DNA from: Octopus sinensis | Lineage: Eukaryota | NCBI RefSeq assembly: GCF_006345805.1 | Contig: NC_043012.1 | Coordinates: 59,210,001 to 59,274,000, forward strand | DNA: 64,000 nt | Direction of reading: 5' to 3' | In this document: one piece after another, positions 1 through 13,439 of the stretch | Layout: each line of letters starts with the position of its first letter | Position numbering within the stretch: the stretch's first letter is position 1 | Notes under the pieces: model-generated | What the model was told of the DNA's origin: nothing | Databases searched by the model: none | Seen by the model: only the letters and a program-made list of their open reading frames with translations | Position numbers and translations under genes: made by a program

Positions 1-79
1 GTTGGGAATCGGGGAGAAAATTCAATGGATGATATATTCTAGATGGATTTATTCGAAAATTAGTTAAGTGCATTTACGC

Positions 80-307
80 ACACACGTGTGTGAGTGTGTG
101 CGTGCGCATTTGCGTGCGTGTGTATGTGTGTGTGTGTGCGTGTGTATATGCCTATGTATAAGAAAACATATTTGTTTATATGTATGCAAGTGTAAATGCA
201 TATTTACGCATACATATAGAAACATGTATCCATATCTACATCTCTCTGTTTTTTTCTTTCTCTCTCCCTATATACATATATATACATATATATATGTATA
301 TGTAGAA

Positions 308-356
<49 letters not shown>

Positions 357-660
357 AGTGTATGCATAAAGAGAGTGAGAGAGGCACACTGCCTACAATT
401 TTTGATATCTCGTAAATTGATGAATTGATATGTTCAAATATGCGATTAAGTGTGTGTGTATATATATATATGTGTTCATATATACGTGTACGCACACGTG
501 TTTGCAGACGTGCGTATTAAGGTGTAGGTATTTACACATGCGGATATGCATGTTTGTATAAATCTTTATAAATATATGCAAGTTTGTGTGTGTGAGTATG
601 TGTGTGCGTGTGTGTGTGTATGTGTGTGTATGTGTGCTTGTGTGTTTGTGTGTGTGTGCA
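80..660. repeat. Compound (GT)n/(AT)n microsatellite
   Basis: Alternating GT and AT dinucleotide runs visible directly. Confidence 0.9.
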
Positions 661-965
661 TTTGAGAGAGAATTACCGAAAACATGTAAGCAAAAAAATT
701 ATTAAATTGTATAAACCACGTTGTATATCATATTTAAATAACAAATATTGTAAGTGACTTTTCGAATTCTACCTCTTTTTGAGGATCACTTTTTTTTCCT
801 TCTTACCTACAATTCTAAATGCCTTTTTTATGTGACCCCAGCTTCACATAAACCATGGAGATACTGGAGAGGAGTTTATGCCGAGTTATATCCCAAATCA
901 TATAAACAAAGAGTTATTTTAATGTGAGATGATTTTAACAAAAATTCTTTCACCGTCTTCTACAT

Positions 966-1065
966 ATTATTATTATTATTATTATTGTTGTTGTTGTTGT
1001 TGTTATTGCTTATTAAATAGCAGAAAGAAAACTAATCTCTTGAGAAATTCGGAGTAATAATAATA

Positions 1066-1128
<63 letters not shown>

Positions 1129-1129
1129 G

Positions 1130-1160
<31 letters not shown>

Positions 1161-1178
1161 AATAACAACAACAACAGC

Positions 1179-1232
<54 letters not shown>

Positions 1233-1300
1233 AATGTCAAGAATGGTAATAATAAAAAATTGTAATAACAACAGCAATAATAATATTTATAATAACAGTA
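966..1300. repeat. (TTA/TTG)n and (TAA)n trinucleotide tracts
   Basis: Direct reading; source of the poly-L/poly-I ORFs. Confidence 0.9.
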
Positions 1301-1599
1301 ATAACAATATCAATACAACACAACAAGAAAATCAACAATAATAAAAATGGAGACAAAATGAACTAAAACAGGAAGAGAAATTTCTAGAAATTCCTTCGTG
1401 TCCAAGGAAATTTCTGTTTTAATCCTGGCTACGTTGACTTACTTCAGTAGTCTTTTCACATCAGTTTCAGGAATGTTATTTCCGTATTAGCTTTCCATCG
1501 ATAGTTTCGTAGATCAGGAATGCAGAATATTATCAAAATAAAAAATCACTTTTTTTTTTCTCAATCCCCAATCTCCTAACTCTATCTGAGCCCCTTATT

Positions 1600-1934
1600 T
1601 TCTTTTTAGTGTGTTTCTATGTATGTTTTTTTATTGCTCTCTCTCTCTCCCTCTTTTACTATTTTCCTCTCTTTCTTTCTTTCTCTCTCCCTCTCTTTCC
1701 CTCTCTCATGAGTATAATTTTTCCTTCTTTTGTTTCTCTTCTCTCATTTACCGTTTTTACTTTTTTTTATTGCCTTTTTTGTATATTTCTTTCTTCCTCA
1801 CCTCTAATTCTTTCCATATTTTACTCGTAAGTTCTCGCACATACGCTGACTCTTCTCTCTCTCTCACCTTTCCCCTTACTTTTTCTCTTTCACTGTCTCT
1901 TTCTCTTTCTTTCTCTCTGGTTCTATCAGTCTAC

Positions 1935-1983
<49 letters not shown>

Positions 1984-2104
1984 CATCTATCTATCTATCT
2001 ATCCATCCATCCATCTGCCTATCTATTTATCTATATATCTATCTATCTATCTATCTATCCATCCATCCATCTGCCTACTTACCTACATATCCATCTATCT
2101 ACCA

Positions 2105-2166
<62 letters not shown>

Positions 2167-2432
2167 ATCTATCTATCTGTCTGTCTGTCTGTTTATGTGT
2201 CTATCTATATATCAATTTATCTAGCTATTTATCCATCAGCCTATTTATGTATCTATCCATCCATCTATCTACCTACTTACCTACCTACATATCCATTTCT
2301 CTACATATCTATTTATCAATCTATCTATCTGTCTCTCTATCCATCCATCTACCTACCTACTACCTACTACCTATCTATCTATCTATCCATCTATCTATCT
2401 ATCTATCTATCTATCTGTTTTCTCTCTGTATG

Positions 2433-2468
<36 letters not shown>

Positions 2469-2930
2469 TATAATATATATATATATGTCTCTTTATACAT
2501 TTTCTCTCTATCTATTTTCCACGATGACTGATACATGCATTGCATCTGCTTATCTCATTTCACTTTGACTTTGTCTCTGTTTCTGTCTCTCTCTCTCTCC
2601 TTCTCTCTCTTTCTCTCTCTCTGTTTCTCTAATCTCTCCCTCATTGCCTCTCTCTCTCTCTCTCTTCACTTTCTCTCCACCCCCTTTGTCTCTCTTTGTC
2701 TTTCTCTCTCCTTGTCTCCCTCTCTCTCTCTCCCTCTTCACTTTCTCTCCATCCCCTTTGTCTCTCTTTGTCTCTCTTTGTCTTTCTCTCTCCTTCTCTC
2801 CCCCTCTCTCTCTCTCTTTCTTTCCTCGCTCTCTCTGTCTCCCACACACACTATGTTTCTCACTCTCTCTTTCTGCCTTTCCCTCACTTTCTTTCCTTCA
2901 CTCATTCACTTACTATCTCTCTCTATCACA
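1600..2930. repeat. CT-rich polypyrimidine tracts flanking a long (TATC)n/(TCCA)n tetranucleotide array
   Basis: (TATC)n at ~1930-2420; (TC)n-rich sequence either side; source of the 306-aa LSIY ORF. Confidence 0.9.
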
Positions 2931-3864
2931 TAGTCCCGCCACCACCACCACCACCACCACCACTACACTTTCTTCTCGCAATTTCCTCATGTCCCTTACA
3001 GCTCTATTTCTCTCTTCCTTATCTGATTTTATCTAGCAAACTCCTTTGACTCCTGCGCATCATCTTTATCTCACTTTCCTAAGGCCAGTTACGATCCCTG
3101 ACACACTAACATCCCATAGAAGAAACCATGTCCTTTAGGGGTCTTTTTTTAAATCAATAGCCAACAGGATATAAGGTCCATTCTATAATCTACAATAATA
3201 AGACCCTACTTTGCCAATAGTGCTATCATTATCATTCGTTGCACGGGAGAAAAACTAAAATTTTTGGTCAGCTTCGTTTGTTTTCTCGTATTATTTACAA
3301 CAATTTTCCACGTTGATCACCGAGTATTTGCTCATTGCTTAATCTTGCAGTATCTGTAACGACTTCATTGCTGCCTTCTTTCTCTTACAAAAGATATTTA
3401 TCCTCTTATCGCATTCCTTTTATCTTCTCGAGTTTAGTGTGTATGTAAGTGCGCGTGTGTGTGCGAGCATGTGTTTGTATTTAATTTTTTTTCCTTTACT
3501 TTATTCCACATTTTCAGTGTGTTTTTTATTCTTATTATTATTTCTTCCTTTCTTTATTTGTATATTTATTTATTTTTCTTGTTATTTTTCATTTGTTGTA
3601 TCTAATAAACTTTTACACTCTGACTGCGAAAATCAAAAGAAATCAAGAATTCCCTAACAGGGAAATCGAGATGCTTATCGATATACAAAAATTAGAGGAA
3701 TTCTTATCGTTCTGATCTTTCTAGAAAGATTAACCATATTCCTCTGTGCCAACCAATGGAAAAGGTTTAACGTAATTGGACACCTGCTACTTTCGAAAAT
3801 AAAATATTTTTTCTTGTTTTATTTTTTATTTGTCTTTCCTTTTTACCTTGTATATGATGACTGT

Positions 3865-3888
3865 ATAATATATATATGCATATATATA

Positions 3889-3938
<50 letters not shown>

Positions 3939-4098
3939 TATATGTGTATATATATATATACATGTACATATACACACATATACATATATACATACATATA
4001 TAGATATATATATTAGGTGTGTGTGGTGTGTGGCACACATATATATATGTATATATGCGTTTGTGTATACACATATGTTACATATACATATATATATA

Positions 4099-4143
<45 letters not shown>

Positions 4144-4212
4144 ACGTACATATATATATATGTACATATTATATATATACATATGTATATTATATATACA
4201 TGTATATATATA

Positions 4213-4256
<44 letters not shown>

Positions 4257-4350
4257 ATATGTACATATATTATATATATATATATAGTATTATATATATT
4301 ATATATATATATATAAAGATATATATCTACATATATATATATATATACAT
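3865..4350. repeat. Degenerate (TA)n microsatellite
   Basis: Direct reading. Confidence 0.9.
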
Positions 4351-5020
4351 AATACATATGCACATGTGTGTTTATTCCCTCTTTTTTCTTTTAATATGCT
4401 AACTCCTCCACGTTGCAGAAGGATCGCCTTCCTCATTGCATTCTTAGATTTGTTGCGTTCTTGATACCCATTCATGATTTTCAAATTAGTTTTTGTTGCA
4501 ATATTATTCTTTCGTTTCGATAGTCACTTTTTGTTGTTATTTTTTTTATTGTTTTTTTTTATTAACCTATAATCATACATATGCAACATATCTTAATATC
4601 ACTTTGTAAGTATTAAAATATGCTCATAAATATTATTATAATTTTTTTTTTTTTTTATTAAAGACATCATCATTGATTTTGAATAGTTGATATTTTTATA
4701 TTTAGCTTTCCGTTTTTGGTTTTATATTTATCTTTTTTGAGTTATTTTTGTATCATTTATTTATTTATTTATTTATCTATTTCGTTATAGAAAACAGAGC
4801 GAGTTCATGCACTTAGTTGAAACTCGTATCTGTATATAATATAGCTTCTTGGTTACCATGTGCGGCACTGTGTTTACTCATACAAATTCACTCACACACA
4901 TACTCATACATACTCATGCGTATGTACATGCACGTTTATACACACGCGTACATAATGTGAGTATGCATATGTATGTGTCTATATAGACATATATATATTT
5001 ACGAATAATAAATAAATGTA

Positions 5021-5093
<73 letters not shown>

Positions 5094-5769
5094 TGTAAGT
5101 GGTGTACATACAATTTAGATATATATATATAAATAAATACATATATATGATAAATATACATATATATGTATATTATATATGTACATATATATATATACAA
5201 ACATATATATATATATATTGCTGAAATGTATAAGTACTTGCGAAGTCTTCTAAACGCTACTTTTCTCTCTCACACTGTCTCGATCACTCTCACCCCCTCT
5301 CTCTCTCTCTCTCTTTCTCTCTTCCTTCTTATTACCACGACTTAGAAGCGTACTTACTTAATAGAAGACTCAAGATTTTTCTTCTCTCTTAAATTAAGCA
5401 CTAAAACAAATTCCAGCACCGGCAATGGCCTGCCAGATTATTTGAATCCAGCATGCAAACTAGTGAAAGACGCATTTATCATATGTTTATTAGACTGAAA
5501 ATACTAATGACTTGGTCTTGTTCAGTTCTTAGTACTGCTATCGTAGTTATAGTCATGCGACGATACTCATAACATGCTGCGTCAATTATTTGTGTATCCT
5601 AAGTCGACATCACTATTGCGAAGGAAAATTGCATGTAGATGGTGTTTCGACTAAATTTAGTGATTTTTATGTCTTCTTTATTCAGAAACAGCTTATTTTA
5701 TTGGGGAATAGTCAAGGGTGTTGGAGACTATAATGATTGAATCTGTAGTTGAAAATCTAGGTGATATCT

Positions 5770-6184
5770 GAATATTGGAAATGATTTACCTGTATGATGA
5801 TAATAGTCACTGTATCAAAATGCCGACGTTAAGACTGCTGTTCAATGTACTTTCAACACTGTAAAAGCTGTAAGACGAAACATGGACAACTGTAACGGAG
5901 TTTGCGAAGATGCGGCTAGCAGACAGAAAAGGTTACAGTAATCGTTCCGATGCGACGCACAAAAGTACACCTTTATGCAGGTCCTTACCGTCACTTCAGA
6001 TGCCTATGTGACGTTGTTGGAGACTGTGGCCAAACCCTGACTAGAGAGGGTTTGCTGTTAGCATCCCTTATCTGTGGAAGCAGGATTCAGCTTCTTGTCA
6101 CACATCCGGGAAAGAGTCAGAAGTGGTTGTCAGAGAATTTCTACCACTTCACCAGCCTCAATCGCAATTGCGTCGATTGTATTC

Positions 6185-6185
<1 letters not shown>
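5770..6185 (+). mobile_element. Tc1/mariner transposase remnant (maT/DD37D-like), internally deleted
   Basis: With frameshifts and stops translates to NADVKTAVQCTFNTVKAVRRNMDNCNG (N-terminal part), then LTVTSDAYVTLLETVAKP*LERV and YLWKQDSASCHTSGKSQKWLSENFYHFTS, matching the WQQDSAPCH motif of Tc1/mariner catalytic domains. Confidence 0.8.
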
Positions 6186-6225
<40 letters not shown>

Positions 6226-6319
6226 AAACATTCAAAAACTAGAGTAGTGGGGAGAAATAAGTACAATGATGGCTATGTAATAGTGAATTATAATTATTAT
6301 AGAGATCAAAGTTGGTTAT

Positions 6320-6780
6320 GCGTGCATATTTAGATGTATATTGTATTTTTCGAGAATAAATTTTCTTTATTTAAACGTTCTTGTAAAGAAATTGTATATT
6401 TGCACTGGTAGAAGGGCAAAACTAAAATTTGGTTTCATGTTACCTGCACAACTCTCTATATGTTCACTTAAAGGAATCTATCTATATTCCGGGAACCGGA
6501 TCTGCTCTTTATGTAGAGTAGTTCTCCGTCTCAATGTTATGCTCATCTGTCCTAAATAGTGATGTCCACAACCCGAGGAGGTTATTACATAAATTAGGTT
6601 CTCAGAGGCACAAGTGAAGTTGGTTTTAACAGTGAACCTCTGTCATTGTTTAAAAAAGTAAATCTGAGCCTTCAAGTAGGTTGGGGCATGTTCCACAGTT
6701 TGGGCGTCCACATTTTTTAACTGTTGGTGTCGAGGTTGTTGTGTAAAGCTTTGCATTTGTTAAAACTCTCCCTAACGATT
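6320..6780 (-). mobile_element. Penelope-like element GIY-YIG endonuclease remnant (Cys-rich type)
   Basis: Minus strand gives KKCGRPNCGTCPNLLEG...FTVKTNFTCASENLIYVITSSGCGHHYLGQMSITLRRRTTLHKEQI; LIY at 6589-6597 and YLG at 6550-6558 are in frame; stops and frameshift present. Confidence 0.85.
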
Positions 6781-7157
6781 TGTGTTACTTTTTGCATTTG
6801 AAGAATTTATGCGCTTTCAGGATGTTCCTTTTTGATTCTGTAGTTAGTAAAGGGAGATTTTGCGCAATACTGGTCCATGCCTCATTTTTTTCCATTATTA
6901 TTATATACACGAAAATCTCAGCTCTGAAATATTCTTTAGATCAAAACTTAAGAAAATATATACACTCGTGAATTGATGGTTATTTTGTCTGTTTGTGTGA
7001 GTGTGTCTGCGTGTGTGTGTGTGTGTGTGGTGTGTGTGTGTGTGTGTGTGAATGTGTGTGTGTGAGTGTGTTTATACACCTATACTCATACATCTACATA
7101 CACAAACACTCCCACAAACACACACACATATATATATATAAACTCACACATACATAT

Positions 7158-7201
<44 letters not shown>

Positions 7202-7236
7202 TATTCTTTATATGATATATATACGTATATTCTTTT

Positions 7237-7512
7237 ATTCTTTTACTTCTTTCAGTCATTTGACTGAGGCCATGCTGGAGCACCGCCTTAAAGACGTTTT
7301 AGTCAAAGAAATCTACCCCAGGACTTATCCTTTGCCAATCTAGTACTTATTCTATCGGTACTTTTGTTGAACTGCTAAGTTACAGGTATGTAAAACCCAC
7401 CAATATCGGTTGTCAAGCGACGACACTTGGCGAAGGTGCCGCGCAGTGGGACTGAACTCGATAACATGTGGTTGGGAATGAAGCTTCTTACCACACAGCC
7501 TAGCCTGTGCCT
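7237..7512 (-). mobile_element. SINE family A (tRNA-headed), internally deleted copy
   Basis: Reverse complement of the head and 3' tail (gcggtgctccagcatggc...gactgaa) seen in the full copy at 59238-59650. Confidence 0.8.
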
Positions 7513-7828
7513 GTATGTGTGTGCGTGCGTATATTATGCCTGTTAGTATGTGAATAGATATTAACATATATGTATGGCTACCTATATATTTTTGTGTATA
7601 TGTGTGTTACGTGTTATGTGTTCGTGTGTGTGCACGTATGTATATGTATGGTGGCGTGCGCGAGCGTGTGAGTCTATAATATGTGTGTGTGCGTGTATTT
7701 TAATACAGTCTTTATCTTACTTGGCAATGAGCGAATACCTGTAAATAAGTTATTTATGAATGGGGTATTGATTGATACACGTCCAAATGTTATCGTTTGA
7801 TATCTTTCACTCACATAAATTACTGCAG

Positions 7829-7976
7829 AACACTTTCTTAGAAGTACTTGTATATGGAGAGAAGTTTACCGTGATCACACTCAAGGCAATTTCAAGTCGG
7901 GATATTTAGAGCCAGCAATTGGACACTTTATCTTATCTATGAAGGTTTTCATTCTCAACAGTTTAGTGGTGATAAT
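7829..7976 (+). CDS. Candidate internal coding exon, product unknown
   Basis: Acceptor tttcactcacataaattactgcag and donor GTAAGT at 7977; 148 nt open in one frame (HFLRSTCIWREVYRDHTQGNFKSGYLEPAIGHFILSMKVFILNSLVVI). No recognised homology. Confidence 0.25.
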
Positions 7977-8354
7977 GTAAGTAACAATCCATTTTATTCT
8001 ATGAATTACAGAATACACTGAGAATATGCTTGGAATACATGAAGGAATAACTGAATGACAGAATAAATAAGTGAATGGCTTTCATCTTAAATATTATAGT
8101 TAAACTAAGCTCAAAACTTGACAAAAAGAAATTGAACTGCAGACATATTTTTCAGTGCATTCTTACGCATGTCATGACGTCACCTTTAGAATAAATTTAT
8201 TTGTGCTTTGCGATATTTAATAAGCTGTTAAAACATATAATGAGTTCTATGTTCCGATTCCTTTATGACCAAATTTTATACATTTGGTACACACACACAT
8301 ACGTGTGTGTGTGTGTGTGAAACTCAACGGAAAGAAGAATGCAGATTTAACTGC

Positions 8355-8790
8355 TGCATAATAAGGAATATAATGTACAAGTGTGAGGTGAAGACAGATG
8401 CGCAGTAATAGGTGTACATTGGTGGTACCCGATACAACATGAAAAATCGTCTGAGAAACCACCTCTCTTCATTTTCAAATATAAATAAGATACTCTACAT
8501 GTGTATCGAACCTCGTCTGGGGACTAAAACATATTGGTGTGAAACTTACGACCAACTAGTCGATTATAAAAAACGCTGCGCCTTATAATGTAAGATCACG
8601 AGTATGCAACCTATGCCTAGAAGAAACCCTGAAAATAAGCATATCCAGGGAAAACGTGATAAATAGGCACTCCGAGATTACCATATCATGTAAACATAGG
8701 GACAAAACATCATTCGTTGAGTTTGAAAAAATAACACATTGGAGAAAATCGAAGGAACTCAAACAAATAAACGAACCAGCCAATATGTGA
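8355..8790 (+). mobile_element. Penelope-like element C-terminal GIY-YIG endonuclease remnant
   Basis: NIMYKCEV (from 8367) ... VYIGGTRYNMKNRLRNHLSSF (YIG 8415-8423); after a frameshift YSTCVSNLVWGLK...N*SIIKNAAPYNVRSRVCNLCLEETLKI...NRHSEITISCKHRDK, ending at TGA 8788-8790. Confidence 0.85.
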
Positions 8791-9439
8791 GATGTTATAC
8801 ACTTTACCAACAAAAACAATGAAGAGGTCACCATAAGACGGTAGCATTTATCAATTCAGTCAATAAGCACCACTGTATAAACTGTAGTACTTAACCACCT
8901 GTTGAGTTTAGAATTTATTGAAGATGGTCATGCCTTACAATCAAACAAAAGAATTTACTACCTGTCTTTAAATTCTGCTGAATGATTAGCAAAATAAATT
9001 CAACATGACTACATAAACCTCCATTCCCATATAATAATCATTCCTGCTTCTATTTTCATCACCTACTCCTCTCCAAATACATATTGAAATGCCCAAATAA
9101 CTGACCTGACCTTCATACTGGTGAAAAGAGAAAAACAGCCTTTTGTAGTTCATCCACTAATGTTATATTGCCTGAAGAAATGAATCCATGATGATGATTA
9201 ACCTGATGCCACAGATATAACAGTCTACACTGTAATCATCCCAGGAATACTGACTGTGATCTTAAGAGTCATGTGATTCGTAGCAACGCACGTAGCGAAC
9301 CATTAATGGTTTAGAAATTCCATCCTAGTATTATTCTTATTATTATATTAATCCTACATACTTATTGGTATAACTTGATACAACCCCCACAAAACTGGTT
9401 CACTAGTGGGTACCCGGCATAATGTGTGTGTGTGTGTGC

Positions 9440-9473
<34 letters not shown>

Positions 9474-9664
9474 CGTGTGCATACGTGTTTGCACGAGAGT
9501 GAGTACGCCTACGTATTTGTTGTATGAAGTCAAATTTTGAGATTTTGTAATTAAAAACAACTACTATTGCTTGAATAATGTACACGTTACTTGGGTAGAG
9601 TATGGTTTTTTTATATGAATTTATTTACAGTACCTTCGAAATTGGGAACACACACATGTGAATC

Positions 9665-9710
<46 letters not shown>

Positions 9711-10724
9711 ACAAACATATATATATACATATATAGATGCACACATGTACATATATATATATATATATACATATCTGTGTGTGCTTGTATGTATACGTAT
9801 GCCTGTCATCTTTTCTACAATCTATAAAGTTACATATAAAGATGTTACACGCTTCTGCCGATTTAACAATAAATCTTTTCTACGTCATTTACATTGTGTA
9901 ACTAATAATGGCCTCCTGTTAATGAAACTCACGTAAGATGATGTAGCTAAAAGTCTTATAAACAATATCTTTGCTTTGCTTTAAATTAAATAAATATATA
10001 TTTTCAGAGAAAGAAACAGATGCACAGAGAAATGAGTGTGTATATATGTGTATTTTTGTGCGCATGAGTGATTACATGTATATGTGTGTTTGTTTATTTG
10101 TTTATTTGTATGTGTATGTGTGTAATGGGCGCTAAAGCGATATCACAAACATATGAGCGTGTTAAGATAATCTTCGAGTTCTTATTGCCATTCATTTTGC
10201 AGAGCGTAGAAAAGTATCAATGTATAATTAATATGTTTGCAAATGAGGAAAACTTTTGCAAACGTTTGCTTCAAAGTTAACCTCGCCTGGTGACCTTATT
10301 TGTACTTTTTTTCTTTTCTTTTTTGCTTTTTTTTTTTTTTTTACTCTTTTCTATCGAAAACGACAGCCTCAAAAATCTATTTTTAATGAATAGTTATTTC
10401 TGTTTAAACAATGTTCTGAAAGATTCGTTGATTACAAAATAAAATTACCATCTGATAACTGAAATAACAATTTATCACACACTCTCACTATTTCTACCCT
10501 CTCTTTTTCCCTCTTCCGCTCTTACTCTCCCTTTCTCTCTCTCTCTCTCTCTTCTTCTCTCGCTATTTCTTTCTCTCGTTTCGTCTACTTCTCTCTTGCT
10601 CACTCTCCTAGATCATTTCTTTTCTACCCCCTTTTCACCATTTCCTGTCACCTTTCCCCCCTCACTATTTTTAAACGTGCCTAAGACGTAATTCAATTTG
10701 ATTTTGCATACTCTCCACCAATTT

Positions 10725-10742
10725 AGTTGTTTATTATTATTA

Positions 10743-10778
<36 letters not shown>

Positions 10779-10921
10779 TACTATTATTATTATTATTATT
10801 ATTATTATTGTTGTTGTTGTTGTTGTTGTTGCTGTTGTTGTTGTTGTGGTTGTTGTTTTTGTTGTTATTATTATTATTATTATTGCTGTTGTTGTTGTTG
10901 TTGTTGTTTCTGTTGTTGTTG

Positions 10922-10959
<38 letters not shown>

Positions 10960-11110
10960 GTTGTTGTTGTTATTATTATTATTATCATTATTATTATCAT
11001 TATTATTATTGTTGTTGTTGTTATTGTTATTATTATTATTATTATTATGATTATTATTATTGTTGTTGTTATTGTTATTATTATTATTATTATTTTTATT
11101 TTTATTATTA
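10725..11110. repeat. Compound (TTA)n/(TTG)n tract
   Basis: Direct reading; source of the poly-Y/C/N/L ORFs. Confidence 0.9.
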
Positions 11111-11188
11111 TTATTGGTGCGAGTAATAGGAAGGCAGATGGAGGATGAAGAACAGAAGGAAGAAGAGTTGCTTCTGATATTATTAAGA

Positions 11189-11379
11189 CGGTGAGCTGGC
11201 AGAATCGTTGGTGTGTCGAACAAAATGCTTAGCGGAATTTCACCCATCTTTACGTTCTGAATTTAAATTCCGCCATGGTCGACTTTACTTATCATCCTTT
11301 CGGAGTCGAAACACGGGAGTGGTTGTAATCGAGTAGTCACCTCGCCTAAATTTCAGGCCTTGCACCATTAGTATAAAGG

Positions 11380-11380
<1 letters not shown>
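11189..11380 (+). mobile_element. SINE family B (Deu/Nin-domain-like), diverged
   Basis: gagctggcagaatcgtt head and gtcgacttt...catcctttcgg.gtcga central motif shared with 28839-29253. Confidence 0.7.
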
Positions 11381-11443
<63 letters not shown>

Positions 11444-11564
11444 CATTATCATATGTTTGACTTTTGCTTTATATTTGTACAAGTTGGCTCCAAGTCTCAC
11501 CCAGAGACCTCAAGAGACAACAGACTGGAAGTTCATGTTGTTGTTATGTCTAGTGTGCCATATA

Positions 11565-11630
<66 letters not shown>

Positions 11631-11653
11631 CATCATCATCATCATTATTATTA

Positions 11654-11693
<40 letters not shown>

Positions 11694-11849
11694 CATTATT
11701 ATTATTATTATTACTATTATTTTTATTTTTATTATTATTATTACTTTTATTATCATTATTATTATTATTATTCTTATTTTTATTATTATTATAGTTGTTG
11801 TTGTTGTTGCTGTGGTCATTATTAATATTGTTGCTGTTGCTATTATTAT

Positions 11850-12202
11850 GTGAGAGAGTAGTGCATCAGATTGACACAGAGGTATAATATACGAAGTCTA
11901 ATACACCCATATATAAGCATTGTTTAAACCGTCCCTGGATAAGCATTGTTTAAGGATGACGAACAAAACACCCATGTTTCCGGAGGAGAATTATTCAAAT
12001 CTCAGAGAATTCCTCTCAACACATGGCTATGATGCTCCACTACTTCTGCTCGTAATCAGAGATTCATGTATCGTCAGCCACTAAGAGACGTGCACAACTG
12101 CTTAAGGTCAAGCAACTGACAAGCAAATCTGTGGTATTGAGCAAAATATTTGCTGTAGGCCATCTTATTTACCAAGACAAAACAATGTACCTGATAACAT
12201 TA

Positions 12203-12239
<37 letters not shown>

Positions 12240-12868
12240 TTTTTTTTTCTTCTTTCAAATTTACTTCCATTTCTTGCCGAGTGTCTTCCCGACTCCTAGG
12301 GCAAAGAAACTCATAGTATACATTGGTAGGCCATTAAACCAAACTCAATAGTTCGTACATTAAAAAAATTTTTTTTTTTAAGTTCAATTAAAATACATGA
12401 GCAGCAACAGTTCTCACATCGACAATGCTCTTCTTAATACGTGTGATGTACCAGACAATCTTTTGCACTTCTTGCAGGGATGGTAAGCCAGGGATCATTC
12501 TCATATCATTTTCGGTTCCCTTCTTGATCATTCCTAGTGCTCCTACGATCACTGGTATTGTAACCGCCTTGAGATGCCACATTTTCTCAATTTCAATGAG
12601 TAGGTCTTTATATTTTCTGAGCTTGTCAAACTCTTTCGCTGAGATATTATGATCACAGGGGATGCTCATGTCGGTCAATAAGCAAACTTTATTGTGTTGG
12701 TCTTTCACAGCAATATCTGGTTTATTGGCCTTGATGGTTCGGTCTGTATGTACTGGAAAGTCCCACAGAATGGTTACATTTTCTCCTTCAGTTACAGCCT
12801 CAGGGTGGTGATTATACCATTTGTCGGCAGTTTTGATATTGTAATGCCGACTTATTAGCCAGTGTAGA

Positions 12869-12870
<2 letters not shown>
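11850..12870 (-). mobile_element. 5'-truncated R4/Dong-type non-LTR retrotransposon: restriction-like endonuclease domain plus 3' UTR
   Basis: Open frame 12870 to 12388: YLHWLISRHYNIKTADKWYNHHPEAVTEGENVTILWDFPVHTDRTIKANKPDIAVKDQHNKVCLLTDMSIPCD...KLRKYKDLLIEIEKMWHLKAVTIPVIVGALG (KPD..D...K RLE signature). Both ends abut (TTA)n tracts. Confidence 0.9.
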
Positions 12871-12925
<55 letters not shown>

Positions 12926-13022
12926 TATTATTATCATTATTATTATTGTTATTAAGTGAGAGAGCAGTGCATGCCATCAAATACACGAAGCCCAATATAC
13001 CCATTATTACTACTCATTATTA

Positions 13023-13065
<43 letters not shown>

Positions 13066-13140
13066 CATCATCATCATCATCATCATCATCATTATTATTA
13101 TTATTTTTATTATCATCATCATCATCGTTATTATTATTAA
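12871..13140. repeat. (TTA)n/(TCA)n tract containing a short R4/Dong 3'-end fragment (~12950-13010)
   Basis: gtgagagagcagtgcat...acgaagcccaatatacccat resembles 11850-11910. Confidence 0.7.
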
Positions 13141-13320
13141 GATGGTGAACCAACAGAATCGCTACCATGGCGGGAAAATGCTTAGTGACATTTCGTCAGT
13201 CCTGGCGTTCTGAGTTCAAATTCCGCCGTGGTTGACTTTGCGTTTCATCCTCTTGAGATCGATACAATAAGTACCAGTTGAGTACTGAGGTTGATATAAT
13301 TGACTACTCCCCTCATACTT
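13140..13320 (+). mobile_element. SINE family B, diverged
   Basis: Head plus gttctgagttcaaattccgccg and gactttgc.tttcatcc motifs. Confidence 0.7.
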
Positions 13321-13439
13321 TCTATGAAAAAAATTTGTTTGGAACAAACTTAGAAAGCAATGCCAATATGACATCGAAAATGCGAGATGCGACAAAAAAA
13401 AATATATAGTTTGTCAGGTGATTCAGGAAGTAGAACGAA

